DNA of 64,000 nucleotides from Candidatus Adlerbacteria bacterium (GCA_029288895.1 JARIGK010000004.1:175866-239865); one strand, 5' to 3'. Positions 11,077 through 19,988 are shown, counted from the stretch's first letter. A program made the numbers and translations. Notes: generated from the sequence alone by a model not told the origin.

Positions 11077-11958
11077 ATGGCAGAGAAAGAAGAAATACAA
11101 AAACGGATTGCAGAAATAGAGGCAGCAATGAATGCTGCTGATTTTTGGGCCGTGCCTGCTAAAGCACAGGCGATGATTAAAGAGTTGCAGGATTTGAAAG
11201 CCGAAGCAGAAGGCGGCGGCAAGTACGACCGCGGCAACGCAATCATGATGATCGTCGCAGGTGCCGGCGGAGATGACGCAGAAGACTTTGCGCAGATGCT
11301 ACTCGAGATGTATCGCAAATTTAGCGAGAAAAAGGGCTGGGGTATGCGCGTGTTGCACAGCCACCCCAACGACCACGGCGGCTATCGCAACATTACTGTG
11401 GAAGTCGAAGGTAAGAGCGCCTACGGCACGCTCAAAAACGAGTACGGGGTGCATCGCTTGGTGCGTATCTCGCCATTTAATGCCTCGCAAAAACGGCAAA
11501 CATCATTTGTCTTGGTAGAAGTGCTGCCGGTTGTAGAAAAGGTCGGCGATTTTGAAGTGCCCGAACAAGAATTAGAAATTACCTTTGCCCGCTCGGGCGG
11601 CCCCGGCGGCCAAAACGTCAACAAACGCGAGACAGCAGTGCGCGTAGTGCATACACCGACGGGCATTTCGGCGCACGCCGATGGCGAGCGTTCGCAAAAT
11701 GCCAACCGCGAGAAAGCGCTTGCGATCGTGAAGGCAAAACTATTTCATCGACTGGAGACAGAGCGTAAAGAAACTATTGCAGAACTTTCAACCAATGCAC
11801 AAAAGATAGAATGGGGAAGCCAGATCCGCTCATATGTGCTGCATCCGTACAAACTTGTAAAAGATCACCGCACGGGTGTTGAGGTAGGGAACGCCGAAGG
11901 TGTGCTCGACGGCAACCTGGAACCCTTCATTGCCGCGTTTGACACAACCCAGAAATAG
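11077..11958 (+). CDS. prfB: Peptide chain release factor 2 (N-terminally short form)
   Basis: SPF tripeptide (RISPFNAS), GGQ motif ([11 protein letters not shown]) and conserved C-terminus. Only 293 aa, with just 73 bp upstream to the next gene, so domain 1 is genuinely shortened; no in-frame TGA frameshift site. Confidence 0.85.
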   Translation: MAEKEEIQKRIAEIEAAMNAADFWAVPAKAQAMIKELQDLKAEAEGGGKYDRGNAIMMIVAGAGGDDAEDFAQMLLEMYRKFSEKKGWGMRVLHSHPNDHGGYRNITVEVEGKSAYGTLKNEYGVHRLVRISPFNASQKRQTSFVLVEVLPVVEKVGDFEVPEQELEITFARSGGPGGQNVNKRETAVRVVHTPTGISAHADGERSQNANREKALAIVKAKLFHRLETERKETIAELSTNAQKIEWGSQIRSYVLHPYKLVKDHRTGVEVGNAEGVLDGNLEPFIAAFDTTQK

Positions 11959-12018
11959 TCCTATTGTTTTATTTACGCACGACCCCTCGTGCAATAACCA
12001 CACTTCCGGGAGGAAGTA

Positions 12019-12336
12019 ATGAAGATCTTTTCACTCGTCGCCGCAGTTGCGGCAATTTCTGTACCAGCATTCGCCCAAAGCCATCGTTTTGATCCTGGTG
12101 GCAAAGTGGTCGACGCCCGGGCGGCAATGCGTTGTGGAGTGCCGCCGGATTTTGGCGAAGAACTCCACGGCAGCTTCTTCAGCTGTGGAGGAAGGCTTAT
12201 TTTTGTCCGCAATGCGTATTTGCTGGGCATCATAAAAGCCGATGATATTTTCCTCTGCGAAGTCGGCATTAATGCTGCTGGCGGGGAAGTCGCTGAGAAC
12301 TGCAGGCGGGAACGTACCGTCGCCACAAAAAAGTGA
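12019..12336 (+). CDS. Hypothetical small secreted protein
   Basis: Strong Shine-Dalgarno GGGAGGAAGTAATG, signal-peptide-like N-terminus MKIFSLVAAVAAISVPAFAQ, terminator hairpin right after the stop. Competes with an antisense ORF 11973..12359. Confidence 0.4.
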   Translation: MKIFSLVAAVAAISVPAFAQSHRFDPGGKVVDARAAMRCGVPPDFGEELHGSFFSCGGRLIFVRNAYLLGIIKADDIFLCEVGINAAGGEVAENCRRERTVATKK

Positions 12337-12345
12337 CCAATGAGA

Positions 12346-12377
12346 GGCCGCCCCAGCATAGGGCGGTCTTTTTCTTT
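12346..12377 (+). terminator. Rho-independent terminator
   Basis: GGCCGCCC-cagcata-GGGCGGTC followed by TTTTTCTTT. Confidence 0.5.
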
Positions 12378-12443
12378 ATGCAGGTATTAGATGAAGAACC
12401 CAGTTGCCGGGAGGGCAGAGAAAGGTACAATAGGAAAGTTGTT

Positions 12444-13124
12444 ATGATCTATTTCGACAGAGTCAGCAAGGTCTACGCTGACAACTCAATCGCATTGGAA
12501 GATGTTAGCTTCTCCGTTGAACCGGGCGAATTCATCTCCATCGTCGGCCACTCGGGTGCCGGCAAAACCACCCTCGTCAAAATGCTCTTAGCAGAAGAGA
12601 AGCCAACAGACGGCTCCGTCTTTTTTGAATCTATTAATGTGCACGAGGTGCCTTTGTCGCGCATCAACCACCTGCGCCGCAAGATAGGCACCGTCTTCCA
12701 AGACTTCCGCCTTCTTCCGCAAAAGACCGCGTACGAAAATATTGCATTCGCGATGGAGGCAGCAGGCCGCCACGAAGAGGAGATCCATTCCGATGTGCCG
12801 CACGTGCTCGACCTGGTTGACCTCACAGATAAAGCAAATAATTTTCCTGACGAACTTTCAGGCGGCGAACAGCAGCGTGTGGCTATCGCGCGCGCTATTG
12901 TCAATCAGCCTGACGTCATTATTGCCGACGAGCCCACAGGTAACTTGGACCCGGTCAACACCTTTGAAGTGGTGCAGATCCTCAAGAAAATCAATGACCT
13001 AGGCACTACTATTATCCTCACCACGCACAACAAAGGCGTTATCGACAGCTTAAAGAAGCGCGTTATTACTATGGACCGCGGCCGCATCGTCCGCGACGAC
13101 CGAGAAGGGAAATATATATTGTAA
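12444..13124 (+). CDS. ftsE: Cell division ATP-binding protein FtsE
   Basis: Walker A GHSGAGKTT, ABC signature LSGGEQQRVAIARA, Walker B IIADEPTGNLD; ~226 aa from the first ATG. Confidence 0.9.
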   Translation: MIYFDRVSKVYADNSIALEDVSFSVEPGEFISIVGHSGAGKTTLVKMLLAEEKPTDGSVFFESINVHEVPLSRINHLRRKIGTVFQDFRLLPQKTAYENIAFAMEAAGRHEEEIHSDVPHVLDLVDLTDKANNFPDELSGGEQQRVAIARAIVNQPDVIIADEPTGNLDPVNTFEVVQILKKINDLGTTIILTTHNKGVIDSLKKRVITMDRGRIVRDDREGKYIL

Positions 13125-13133
13125 AATTTGCCT

Positions 13134-14066
13134 ATGAACTGGACTACCGTTAAACGAATATTCCGCTCCGGCCTCCTCGATTTTTGGAGAAACGGGTTCG
13201 TCTCACTCGCATCAATTTTGGTGATGACGGTAACGCTGTTTGTCGTAGGTATGACGCTCTTTGCGGGCGTTATTTTGCAAACGGCATTGAATGATTTGCG
13301 CGATAAAGCGGACGTGAGCGTGTACTTCACGACCAATGCACCCGAAGACAAAATATTGGAATTGCAGAAGTCGGTAAATGCGCTGCCGCAAGTTGAAAGT
13401 ACGCAGTATGTGTCGGCCGACGACGCGCTCGCGAACTTCCGCGAACGCCACCAGAACGACCAGCTTACCCTGCAAGCACTCCAAGAACTTGGCGCAAACC
13501 CGCTCGGCGCTGTGCTTAACATCAAAGCAAAAGATATTTCGCAGTACGACGCTATCGCGCAGTTTTTGGAACAGCAGCAGGCACTGTCCACGGGCAACGC
13601 AAGTATCATCGACAAGATTAACTACTTCGACGCGCAGCACCGCCAGGCGCTTGAGCGTCTGCAGAGCATCACCGACTCGGCAGGGACGCTTGGCCTCGTG
13701 ATTATCCTTATCTTGGTTGCGGTCACGATTGCTATTTCATTTAACACGCTGCGTTTGGCAATTTACACCTCGCGCGAAGAGATCCAGGTGATGCGCTTGG
13801 TGGGGGCGGGCTCGTTCTATATCCGTGCACCGTTTATGGTGGAGGGCGTGCTGTACGGCCTCATTTCGGGGCTCGTGACATTGATCCTCTTCTACCCGCT
13901 GACATACTGGTTGGGGAGCGCAACGGCCGACTTCTTTGGCGGCATCAACGTCTTCTCGTACTACGTATCGCACTTCCTTCAATTCTTCGCTATTATAGTC
14001 GGGACGGGCGTTGTGCTTGGGGCGGCAGCCAGCTACCTGGCGGTGCGCCGATATTTGAAGATTTAA
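13134..14066 (+). CDS. ftsX: Cell division permease-like protein FtsX
   Basis: Follows ftsE by 9 nt; 4-TM FtsX topology with a large extracytoplasmic loop; first ATG at 13134 (the ORF track starts at TTG 13128). Confidence 0.85.
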   Translation: MNWTTVKRIFRSGLLDFWRNGFVSLASILVMTVTLFVVGMTLFAGVILQTALNDLRDKADVSVYFTTNAPEDKILELQKSVNALPQVESTQYVSADDALANFRERHQNDQLTLQALQELGANPLGAVLNIKAKDISQYDAIAQFLEQQQALSTGNASIIDKINYFDAQHRQALERLQSITDSAGTLGLVIILILVAVTIAISFNTLRLAIYTSREEIQVMRLVGAGSFYIRAPFMVEGVLYGLISGLVTLILFYPLTYWLGSATADFFGGINVFSYYVSHFLQFFAIIVGTGVVLGAAASYLAVRRYLKI

Positions 14067-14074
14067 ATTGCTAG

Positions 14075-15739
14075 ATGAAATTTCCTTTTTCTAAATCCGA
14101 AAGCTCGAGCGAGAATCCAAAATATATTTTCGTCGTCGGCGGTGTGATGTCGGGCGTTGGCAAAGGCGTCGCGTCATCATCCATCGGCAAAATTTTGAAA
14201 GCAAAGGGGTTTAAGGTCACCGCGATTAAAATCGACCCCTACATCAACGTGGACGCTGGCACCATGAACCCGACAGAACACGGCGAAGTGTTCGTGTTGG
14301 ACGATGGCTACGAGACCGACCAGGATATGGGTAACTACGAGCGCTTTTTGGATGAGTCGCTGCCGCAGATTAACTACATGACCACCGGCCGCGTGTACCA
14401 GGAAATAATCCGCCGCGAGCGCAATTTGGAGTATGGTGGCAAAAACGTGGAAGTGGTACCGGACGTGCCACTCGAAGTAATTCGCCGCATCAAGCGCGCG
14501 CAAGAAGAAGCGAAGGCAGACATTACGCTTGTGGAAGTGGGCGGCACGATAGGCGAGTACCAGAACATCATCTTCCTCGAAGCGGCGCGTATGCTCAAAC
14601 AAAAGCATCCAAAAGATGTGGCCGTCGTGATGGTGTCGTATGTACCCATTCCGGGCAACATCGGCGAGATGAAGACCAAGCCGACGCAGTATGCGGCGCG
14701 CTCGCTGAACTCTGTCGGCCTCCAGGCGGATGTGATTTTGGCACGCGCACAAGTAGCGCTCGACGAAAAGCGCAAAGAAAAAATCGCTATCTTCTGCAAC
14801 ATCCCGACCGAGCATGTGATTTCGGCACCCGATGTCCAGAGTATTTATGATGTGCCAGGTAATTACGAAGAAGACGGCCTAGGCGACATTTTGACGGACG
14901 TCCTTTCCTTGCCAAAGAAAAAGACAGACCTTTCGGAGTGGAATACGTTTGTACAAAAATCAAAGAAGGCAACACAAGAAGTTGAGATAGCAGTTGTGGG
15001 CAAATACTTCTCATCGGGAGAGTTCGTGCTTTCGGACGTATATATTTCGGTGCTCGAGGCAATCAAGACTGCGGCGTACCACCTCGACCTCAAACCAAAA
15101 ATTACGTACCTGTCGTCGCAGGATTTTGAATCAGGAAAAATGGAATTGTCCGAGCTCGATCGCTTTGGCGGCATCTTGGTGCCGGGCGGCTTTGGCTCAA
15201 CAGGCGTCGAGGGCAAAATAAAAGTGATCCAGTACGCACGTGAGAAGAAGATCCCATATTTTGGCATTTGCTATGGCATGCAGTTGGCGGTGATTGAGTA
15301 TGCGCGCCATGTTGCAGGTATGAAAGATGCACACACACGGGAAATTTCCAAAGACACCGCGCACCCAGTGATCGACATTATGGAATCGCAGAAAGATATT
15401 GTTGAGCAGGGGAACTTTGGCGGCACGATGCGGTTGGGTACGTACCCATGCGTCATCAGAGAGGGGACCGTGGCACACACAGTCTTTGGCACAACAGAAA
15501 TTTCCGAGCGCCACCGCCACCGCTACGAAGTAAACACCGACTATATCGAAGAGATAGAAAAAGCGGGCATGGTCTTTTCGGGCAAGTCACCAAACGGCGT
15601 ACTCATGGAAATCGTTGAGCTTCCGAAAGATGTGCACCCGTTCTTTATGGGTATCCAGTCGCACCCCGAATTCCTCTCGCGCCCACTTACTCCGCACCCG
15701 ATCTTCTCGGCGTTTATAAAGGCCGCAAGCAAAAAATAA
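14075..15739 (+). CDS. pyrG: CTP synthase
   Basis: 554 aa; N-terminal synthetase domain (KYIFVVGGVMSGVGKG) and C-terminal GATase with catalytic Cys (GICYGMQ). Confidence 0.95.
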   Translation: MKFPFSKSESSSENPKYIFVVGGVMSGVGKGVASSSIGKILKAKGFKVTAIKIDPYINVDAGTMNPTEHGEVFVLDDGYETDQDMGNYERFLDESLPQINYMTTGRVYQEIIRRERNLEYGGKNVEVVPDVPLEVIRRIKRAQEEAKADITLVEVGGTIGEYQNIIFLEAARMLKQKHPKDVAVVMVSYVPIPGNIGEMKTKPTQYAARSLNSVGLQADVILARAQVALDEKRKEKIAIFCNIPTEHVISAPDVQSIYDVPGNYEEDGLGDILTDVLSLPKKKTDLSEWNTFVQKSKKATQEVEIAVVGKYFSSGEFVLSDVYISVLEAIKTAAYHLDLKPKITYLSSQDFESGKMELSELDRFGGILVPGGFGSTGVEGKIKVIQYAREKKIPYFGICYGMQLAVIEYARHVAGMKDAHTREISKDTAHPVIDIMESQKDIVEQGNFGGTMRLGTYPCVIREGTVAHTVFGTTEISERHRHRYEVNTDYIEEIEKAGMVFSGKSPNGVLMEIVELPKDVHPFFMGIQSHPEFLSRPLTPHPIFSAFIKAASKK

Positions 15740-15782
15740 AACATTGAGCTTCGGGCATTTTTGGTGTACTTTGGAGCAGTAT

Positions 15783-15853
15783 TGCCAGATCGTCTAATGG
15801 TAGGACAACGGACTCTGAATCCGTTTATCTTGGTTCGAATCCAAGTCTGGCAG
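15783..15853 (+). tRNA. tRNA-Gln (CTG)
   Basis: U1-A72 acceptor TGCCAGA/TCTGGCA, anticodon stem ACGGA/TCCGT with loop CTCTGAA, T-arm CTTGGTTCGAATCCAAG. Confidence 0.8.
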
Positions 15854-15919
15854 CAGCTTAGTTTAGTATCGGACGACCAAGAGGGGTCAGGAGCTAACAA
15901 CTAATGTACTATTCCTAGT

Positions 15920-16516
15920 ATGGAATATAAATTTGTACTTGGCACTCTTGCGGCGCTTTTTGCCATAGGTAGCGCATATCTCTATATTCGGGATATATTC
16001 CGCGGTAATACAAAACCTCATACCTACACATGGATTATATGGTCCATTGTTACCGCCATTGGGTTTCTTGGACAATGGTATACCGGTGGAGGAGCAGGCT
16101 CATGGGCCACAGGGGTGACAGCTTGTTACTGTTTCATCATTCTGTTTCTTTGCTTCAAATATGGAACAAGCGATATTACGAAGTTTGATCTACTGTGTTT
16201 GGTTCTGGCAATTACCTCTATTGTCCCGTGGCTCTTCTCCCACAATATTTTGTGGTCTGTAATTTTAGCAACAATAACTGATCTACTTGGCTTTCTTCCT
16301 ACAATACGAAAAACATGGCGCGCTCCGCGTAGTGAATCACTCGGGTCACTCTGGTTCGACGTTTTTAAACACGGGCTTTCTGTTGCGTCACTTCAAACGT
16401 ATTCACTTACTACATGGTTGTATCCAGCCGCTATTATCATTGCAAAGATGATGCAGGTGGTCGAAATATCGTATTTACGGTTTCTACGAAAGGAACATAA
16501 GGCGGCTCAAGTATAA
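15920..16516 (+). CDS. Multi-TM membrane protein, paralog 2
   Basis: YLYIRDIFRGNTKPHTYTW..., FDLLCLVLAITSIVPW, LPTIRKTWRAP motifs shared with 7710..8306; AT-richer than its neighbours. Confidence 0.55.
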   Translation: MEYKFVLGTLAALFAIGSAYLYIRDIFRGNTKPHTYTWIIWSIVTAIGFLGQWYTGGGAGSWATGVTACYCFIILFLCFKYGTSDITKFDLLCLVLAITSIVPWLFSHNILWSVILATITDLLGFLPTIRKTWRAPRSESLGSLWFDVFKHGLSVASLQTYSLTTWLYPAAIIIAKMMQVVEISYLRFLRKEHKAAQV

Positions 16517-16524
16517 TTATCTAT

Positions 16525-17151
16525 ATGAGCGAAGTATTTTTGGGTTTACCGATTGCACACTGGCTCGTCCTTCTTTCCATCGGCATCAGTTCAACAGGAG
16601 GCATAACCTACCTCCTCAACATGTTTCGAGGAAAATCCAAACCCAACTTGGTTTCGTGGGGTCTGTGGGGCTTGGCCCCACTTATTGCAACAGGAGCGGC
16701 TATTTCGGCTCATGCCGATTTGTGGGGCACTGCACGTGTTTTTATTTCTGGTTTTGTACCGTTCGTTATTTTTATGTTCGGTCTGTTTTTGAAGCAAAGT
16801 TACTGGAAACTCACTCGCTTCGACTTCTTCTGTGGAGTACTTTCCGTAATTGCTCTAATTGCATGGCTTATTGCTCATGCTCCCGTTGCGGCAATTTTGT
16901 TCGCGATAGCTGCAGACTTGTTTGCCTCAGTGCCGACTCTAGTAAAAGGATGGCAAAGCCCTCATACCGAAACGGCAACCGTTTTTCTTACAAGCCTCAT
17001 ATCATCTCTCATCACAATCCCTGCTATCCCAGTTTGGAATCTTGAAAACACCGCATTTCAAGCGTATCTGATTATTGTAAATCTGGCTTTGTTTGGAGTC
17101 ATAACTTTAGGTAAACTCCTAAAGCCAACACAAAGTGTTTCGACTCAATAG
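16525..17151 (+). CDS. Multi-TM membrane protein, paralog 3 (tandem with paralog 2)
   Basis: LNMFRGKSKPNLVSWGLW, FDFFCGVLSVIALIAW, VPTLVKGWQSPHTE motifs. Confidence 0.55.
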   Translation: MSEVFLGLPIAHWLVLLSIGISSTGGITYLLNMFRGKSKPNLVSWGLWGLAPLIATGAAISAHADLWGTARVFISGFVPFVIFMFGLFLKQSYWKLTRFDFFCGVLSVIALIAWLIAHAPVAAILFAIAADLFASVPTLVKGWQSPHTETATVFLTSLISSLITIPAIPVWNLENTAFQAYLIIVNLALFGVITLGKLLKPTQSVSTQ

Positions 17152-17239
17152 TTCCGAACCCATCTAACCATTGCAGCCAGTAAAATTTTTGCAGTGAAAT
17201 AAGGATATTTTGGATAGGATGATTGGATGATCAGAACTG
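17150..17239 (+). repeat. Intergenic repeat element A, copy 1 (supplies the start codon of the downstream gene)
   Basis: AGTTCCGAACCCATCTAACCATTGCAGCCAGTAAAATTTTTGCAGTGAAATAAGGATATTTTGGATAGGATGATTGGATGATCAGAACTG; near-identical copies at 18314, 19177 and a partial copy at 17738. Confidence 0.75.
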
Positions 17240-17685
17240 CTATACTTCCTGTAATGGAAAAGAGAATACCGGCACTTACGCCAGAGTTAAAAATCACTGA
17301 CTTTAAGAAGAGTCTAAAATTTTATACTACACTCGCTGGTTTTGATATTGAGTACGAACGTCCTGAAGACGAATTCGCAATGCTCAGCAAAGGAGATGCA
17401 TGGATTATGATTGAATCCATTAGCGATAAAAGTCGCATAATGAAAGCAGGGGCTCTCGAGTATCCTTTTGGGCGCGGCATGCATTTTCAGATACAGGTTG
17501 AAGATGTGCAGTCGCTCTACGATACTTTTAAAAGCAATTCTCATCCTATCTTCTCCGAAATGGAAGATAAGTGGTATCGAACAGGCGAGACCGAGGGAGG
17601 GAATAGGCAATTTTGGGTACAAGACCCTGACGGCTACATGCTGCGCTTCTATCAGGACTTAGGTTCTAGGCCTTTTCAGAAGTAG
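17227..17685 (+). CDS. VOC-family protein (glyoxalase / bleomycin-resistance-like)
   Basis: 152 aa with beta-alpha-beta-beta-beta-like modules (KITDFKKSLKFYTTLAGFDI..., WVQDPDGYMLRF); start codon lies inside repeat A copy 1. Confidence 0.6.
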   Translation: MIRTAILPVMEKRIPALTPELKITDFKKSLKFYTTLAGFDIEYERPEDEFAMLSKGDAWIMIESISDKSRIMKAGALEYPFGRGMHFQIQVEDVQSLYDTFKSNSHPIFSEMEDKWYRTGETEGGNRQFWVQDPDGYMLRFYQDLGSRPFQK

Positions 17686-17691
17686 CAGTCC

Positions 17692-17765
17692 AGTTCCGAA
17701 CGACACTAAAATAATCAGTATGGATTTGTATCAAATTGATTCCGAACCCATCTAACCATTGCAGC
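17692..17765 (+). repeat. Repeat element A, truncated copy 2: an isolated AGTTCCGAAC half, then ...TTCCGAACCCATCTAACCATTGCAGC fused to the next gene start
   Basis: AGTTCCGAAC at 17692-17701 directly after the VOC stop; the first 26 bp of element A at 17740-17765 are followed immediately by ATG 17767. Confidence 0.6.
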
Positions 17766-17766
17766 A

Positions 17767-18288
17767 ATGAAAAAGATTTATATAACGGGAGTTTCAGGGA
17801 CAGGAAAAACTACCATTGCACATGAATTAGAAAAGAGGGGCTACCTTGTTGTGAGTATTGATGAGGTGTCAGGGCTGTGCTCATGGACGCATCAAGAGAC
17901 AGGAGAAAAACATGGCGGCAAAGATACGCCCCTCACTAAAGAATTTGTTGATGCCCATGATTGGATTGTAGATATCGAACACTTGAATAAACTTCTCGAT
18001 AAAGATGTCGAAGTGGCGTTTGTACTAGGTATGGCTGGTAATCAGAATGAGTTCTTGCCATCATTCGATAAAATCTTATTGCTAGAATGTAACCCCGAAA
18101 CCTTCAGTGCGAGAATTGACGCACGAACAGACAATGATTTTGGTAAAGACCCACAAATCAAAGCTCAAATTCTCAACCGCTATAAAACTTACGGGGAAGA
18201 GATGCGTTCGCGAGGTGCTATTGTTGTAAATACCGATAGGCCTATTGATGCGGTGGTCAAAGATGTTATTGCTCAAGCCAATGCATAA
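17767..18288 (+). CDS. P-loop NTPase, small kinase-like (adenylate/shikimate-kinase fold)
   Basis: Walker A ITGVSGTGKTTIAHEL at the extreme N-terminus; 173 aa. Confidence 0.6.
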   Translation: MKKIYITGVSGTGKTTIAHELEKRGYLVVSIDEVSGLCSWTHQETGEKHGGKDTPLTKEFVDAHDWIVDIEHLNKLLDKDVEVAFVLGMAGNQNEFLPSFDKILLLECNPETFSARIDARTDNDFGKDPQIKAQILNRYKTYGEEMRSRGAIVVNTDRPIDAVVKDVIAQANA

Positions 18289-18313
18289 AAACCTTTGCTT
18301 CTTGCCAGTACGG

Positions 18314-18403
18314 AGTTCTGAACTTATCTAACTCGGGCAGCCAGTAAAATTTTTGCAGTGAAATAAGGATATTTTGGATAGGATGATTGGATTATCAGAA
18401 CTG
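18314..18403 (+). repeat. Repeat element A, copy 3 (internal ATG mutated to ATT)
   Basis: AGTTCTGAACTTATCTAACTCGGGCAGCCAGTAAAATTTTTGCAGTGAAATAAGGATATTTTGGATAGGATGATTGGATTATCAGAACTG. Confidence 0.75.
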
Positions 18404-18474
18404 ATTGATATTAGTTAGTCAGTCTTGTATAACTCCCTACAGCCATAAGTTCCATTTTTTCGAGAGGATGACAG

Positions 18475-19086
18475 ATGAACGATCTTGTTAAAGGTCTCGT
18501 TCGCAAGGAAAATATGTTGCAAGAGCTTCTTTCGTTGCCTCGCGACCAACTGGGCAAGGCGATCCAGAGAATCCAGGCCGAGGCTGAAGCGCAGAGTGCC
18601 TTCAAGTTGGGACAGCTCGTTCGAACTTGCAATTCTCCGGGCATCTCACTCGTGGGTGGCCTCAGCGAACTTCCGCACGACCACAATGACCCAAAGCAGC
18701 ATTCCAATACGCGTGTCGTGGGCTGGAATTCTTTTGGTGAAATTGAAGTCGCCACTTCTTACGGGAGTAACCCACATTGTTGCAAGTGGACGCATAGTGA
18801 AAGCAAGATGATTCCTTGCGAGGACGCCGACTGGGCTACTCAAAGTCTTCGCAAACGCGACGAAAAAGTCTCCTACGTATGGGAGCTTCGCGGATTTTGG
18901 GAGGCTGACAATCATGTCGGTGAAGTGGTGCCGGCGATTCTTGTTGTTCCTCACATTAAGGAAGGAGATTGGATCGTACGCTATGCCAAGCCGCATAAGC
19001 GACACGACTGGATCATCCGCGTCATCAACGAGAAACAGATGCTCCCGTCTCTCCCCGACAACGAGTACCCCGCCTCCGACGAATAG
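18475..19086 (+). CDS. Hypothetical protein
   Basis: 203-aa ORF downstream of repeat A copy 3; no recognisable motif. Confidence 0.5.
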   Translation: MNDLVKGLVRKENMLQELLSLPRDQLGKAIQRIQAEAEAQSAFKLGQLVRTCNSPGISLVGGLSELPHDHNDPKQHSNTRVVGWNSFGEIEVATSYGSNPHCCKWTHSESKMIPCEDADWATQSLRKRDEKVSYVWELRGFWEADNHVGEVVPAILVVPHIKEGDWIVRYAKPHKRHDWIIRVINEKQMLPSLPDNEYPASDE

Positions 19087-19093
19087 TCGTGGG

Positions 19094-19137
19094 CGTTTTT
19101 CTTTTCCTTTGTTCTGAAGCACCTATGTTAAAATTTC
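19094..19137 (+). repeat. Repeat element B, copy 1 (T-rich tract + TTGTTCTGAAGCACCTATGTTAAAATTTC)
   Basis: Shares a ~30-bp identical core with 20012..20054; contains an extended -10-like TGTTAAAAT. Confidence 0.6.
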
Positions 19138-19176
19138 GGTATTGGAAGCTCAGTTGTTGTTTTGAGCCACGAAACT

Positions 19177-19265
19177 GTTCCGAACCCATCTCACCATTGC
19201 AGCCAGTAAAATTTTTGTTAAGAAATAAGGGTATTTTGGATAGGTAAATTGGATGATTAGAACTT
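19177..19265 (+). repeat. Repeat element A, copy 4 (its internal ATG opens a 19-codon mini-ORF, MIRTLERFNLLNAEILFVW)
   Basis: TGTTCCGAACCCATCTCACCATTGCAGCCAGTAAAATTTTTGTTAAGAAATAAGGGTATTTTGGATAGGTAAATTGGATGATTAGAACTT. Confidence 0.7.
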
Positions 19266-19401
19266 TAGAACGATTTAATCTATTAAATGCAGAAATTCTT
19301 TTTGTTTGGTAGCCTGTCAGAGGAGTAATCTTGCTCCAGCTCCGAGCCCTATAGCGGAATGCTGGGCTCATATTGCAGTGGAATACTGCAAGGAGAGAAC
19401 A

Positions 19402-19980
19402 ATGAAAGTCTCAACCGAAGCGCAGATTGCGCAGTTCATTCAAGAGTATCCCATCCTCGAGAAGCCAATTGAGATATTGCGCAGGAGAGCGAGCGGCGGG
19501 AATAATGTCGCCTTGCGTATTCACATCGCGGTCAAACGCATGGATACGCTGATGCCTTACTTTGTGGGGAACCCGACCAAACCACGTGCGTGGATTCCAG
19601 GTGAGGGTATCAACAAGGGTCTCGACGGCACTGAAGAAGCGCGAGCATATGTCTATTGGCCAATGGCGCACGAGCCGCTCCACTTTCTTTTTGAGTGGTC
19701 TCCAGGAGATGCCCATAAACTCGGGAACCTGCTGCTCGGTATCAAACCCGAAGAAATCGGGCACGTGGTCATCGAGACCTGCTATGTCTGGCATGAGCGC
19801 AGGAAGGATATCACATGGGAAAGTATTGTTGGGCGCACTCCCATGCGGGCGATAGAGGCTACGTTCGTAGTCTTGTTACCGCCTAAGAGCGGGACGGTGG
19901 CGGAGCTGTTCGAAAAAGCTAAACGGGAACATCCTGAACTGAAAACACCCAAGGAGCACGTTGAGTTTCTGAATCGTTAG
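19402..19980 (+). CDS. Hypothetical protein
   Basis: Shine-Dalgarno AAGGAGAG 6 nt before ATG 19402; 192 aa; strong terminator follows. Confidence 0.55.
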   Translation: MKVSTEAQIAQFIQEYPILEKPIEILRRRASGGNNVALRIHIAVKRMDTLMPYFVGNPTKPRAWIPGEGINKGLDGTEEARAYVYWPMAHEPLHFLFEWSPGDAHKLGNLLLGIKPEEIGHVVIETCYVWHERRKDITWESIVGRTPMRAIEATFVVLLPPKSGTVAELFEKAKREHPELKTPKEHVEFLNR

Positions 19981-19988
19981 GACATCGC

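Noticed and set aside
11077-11958. Programmed +1 frameshift site in prfB
   Set aside because: No in-frame TGA or CTT TGA C context; the ORF is continuous from the first ATG and the upstream gap is only 73 bp.
11973-12359. Minus-strand 128-aa ORF competing with the plus-strand small secreted ORF 12019..12336
   Set aside because: The plus-strand ORF has a strong Shine-Dalgarno, a signal peptide and a terminator directly after its stop. The minus ORF has none of these.
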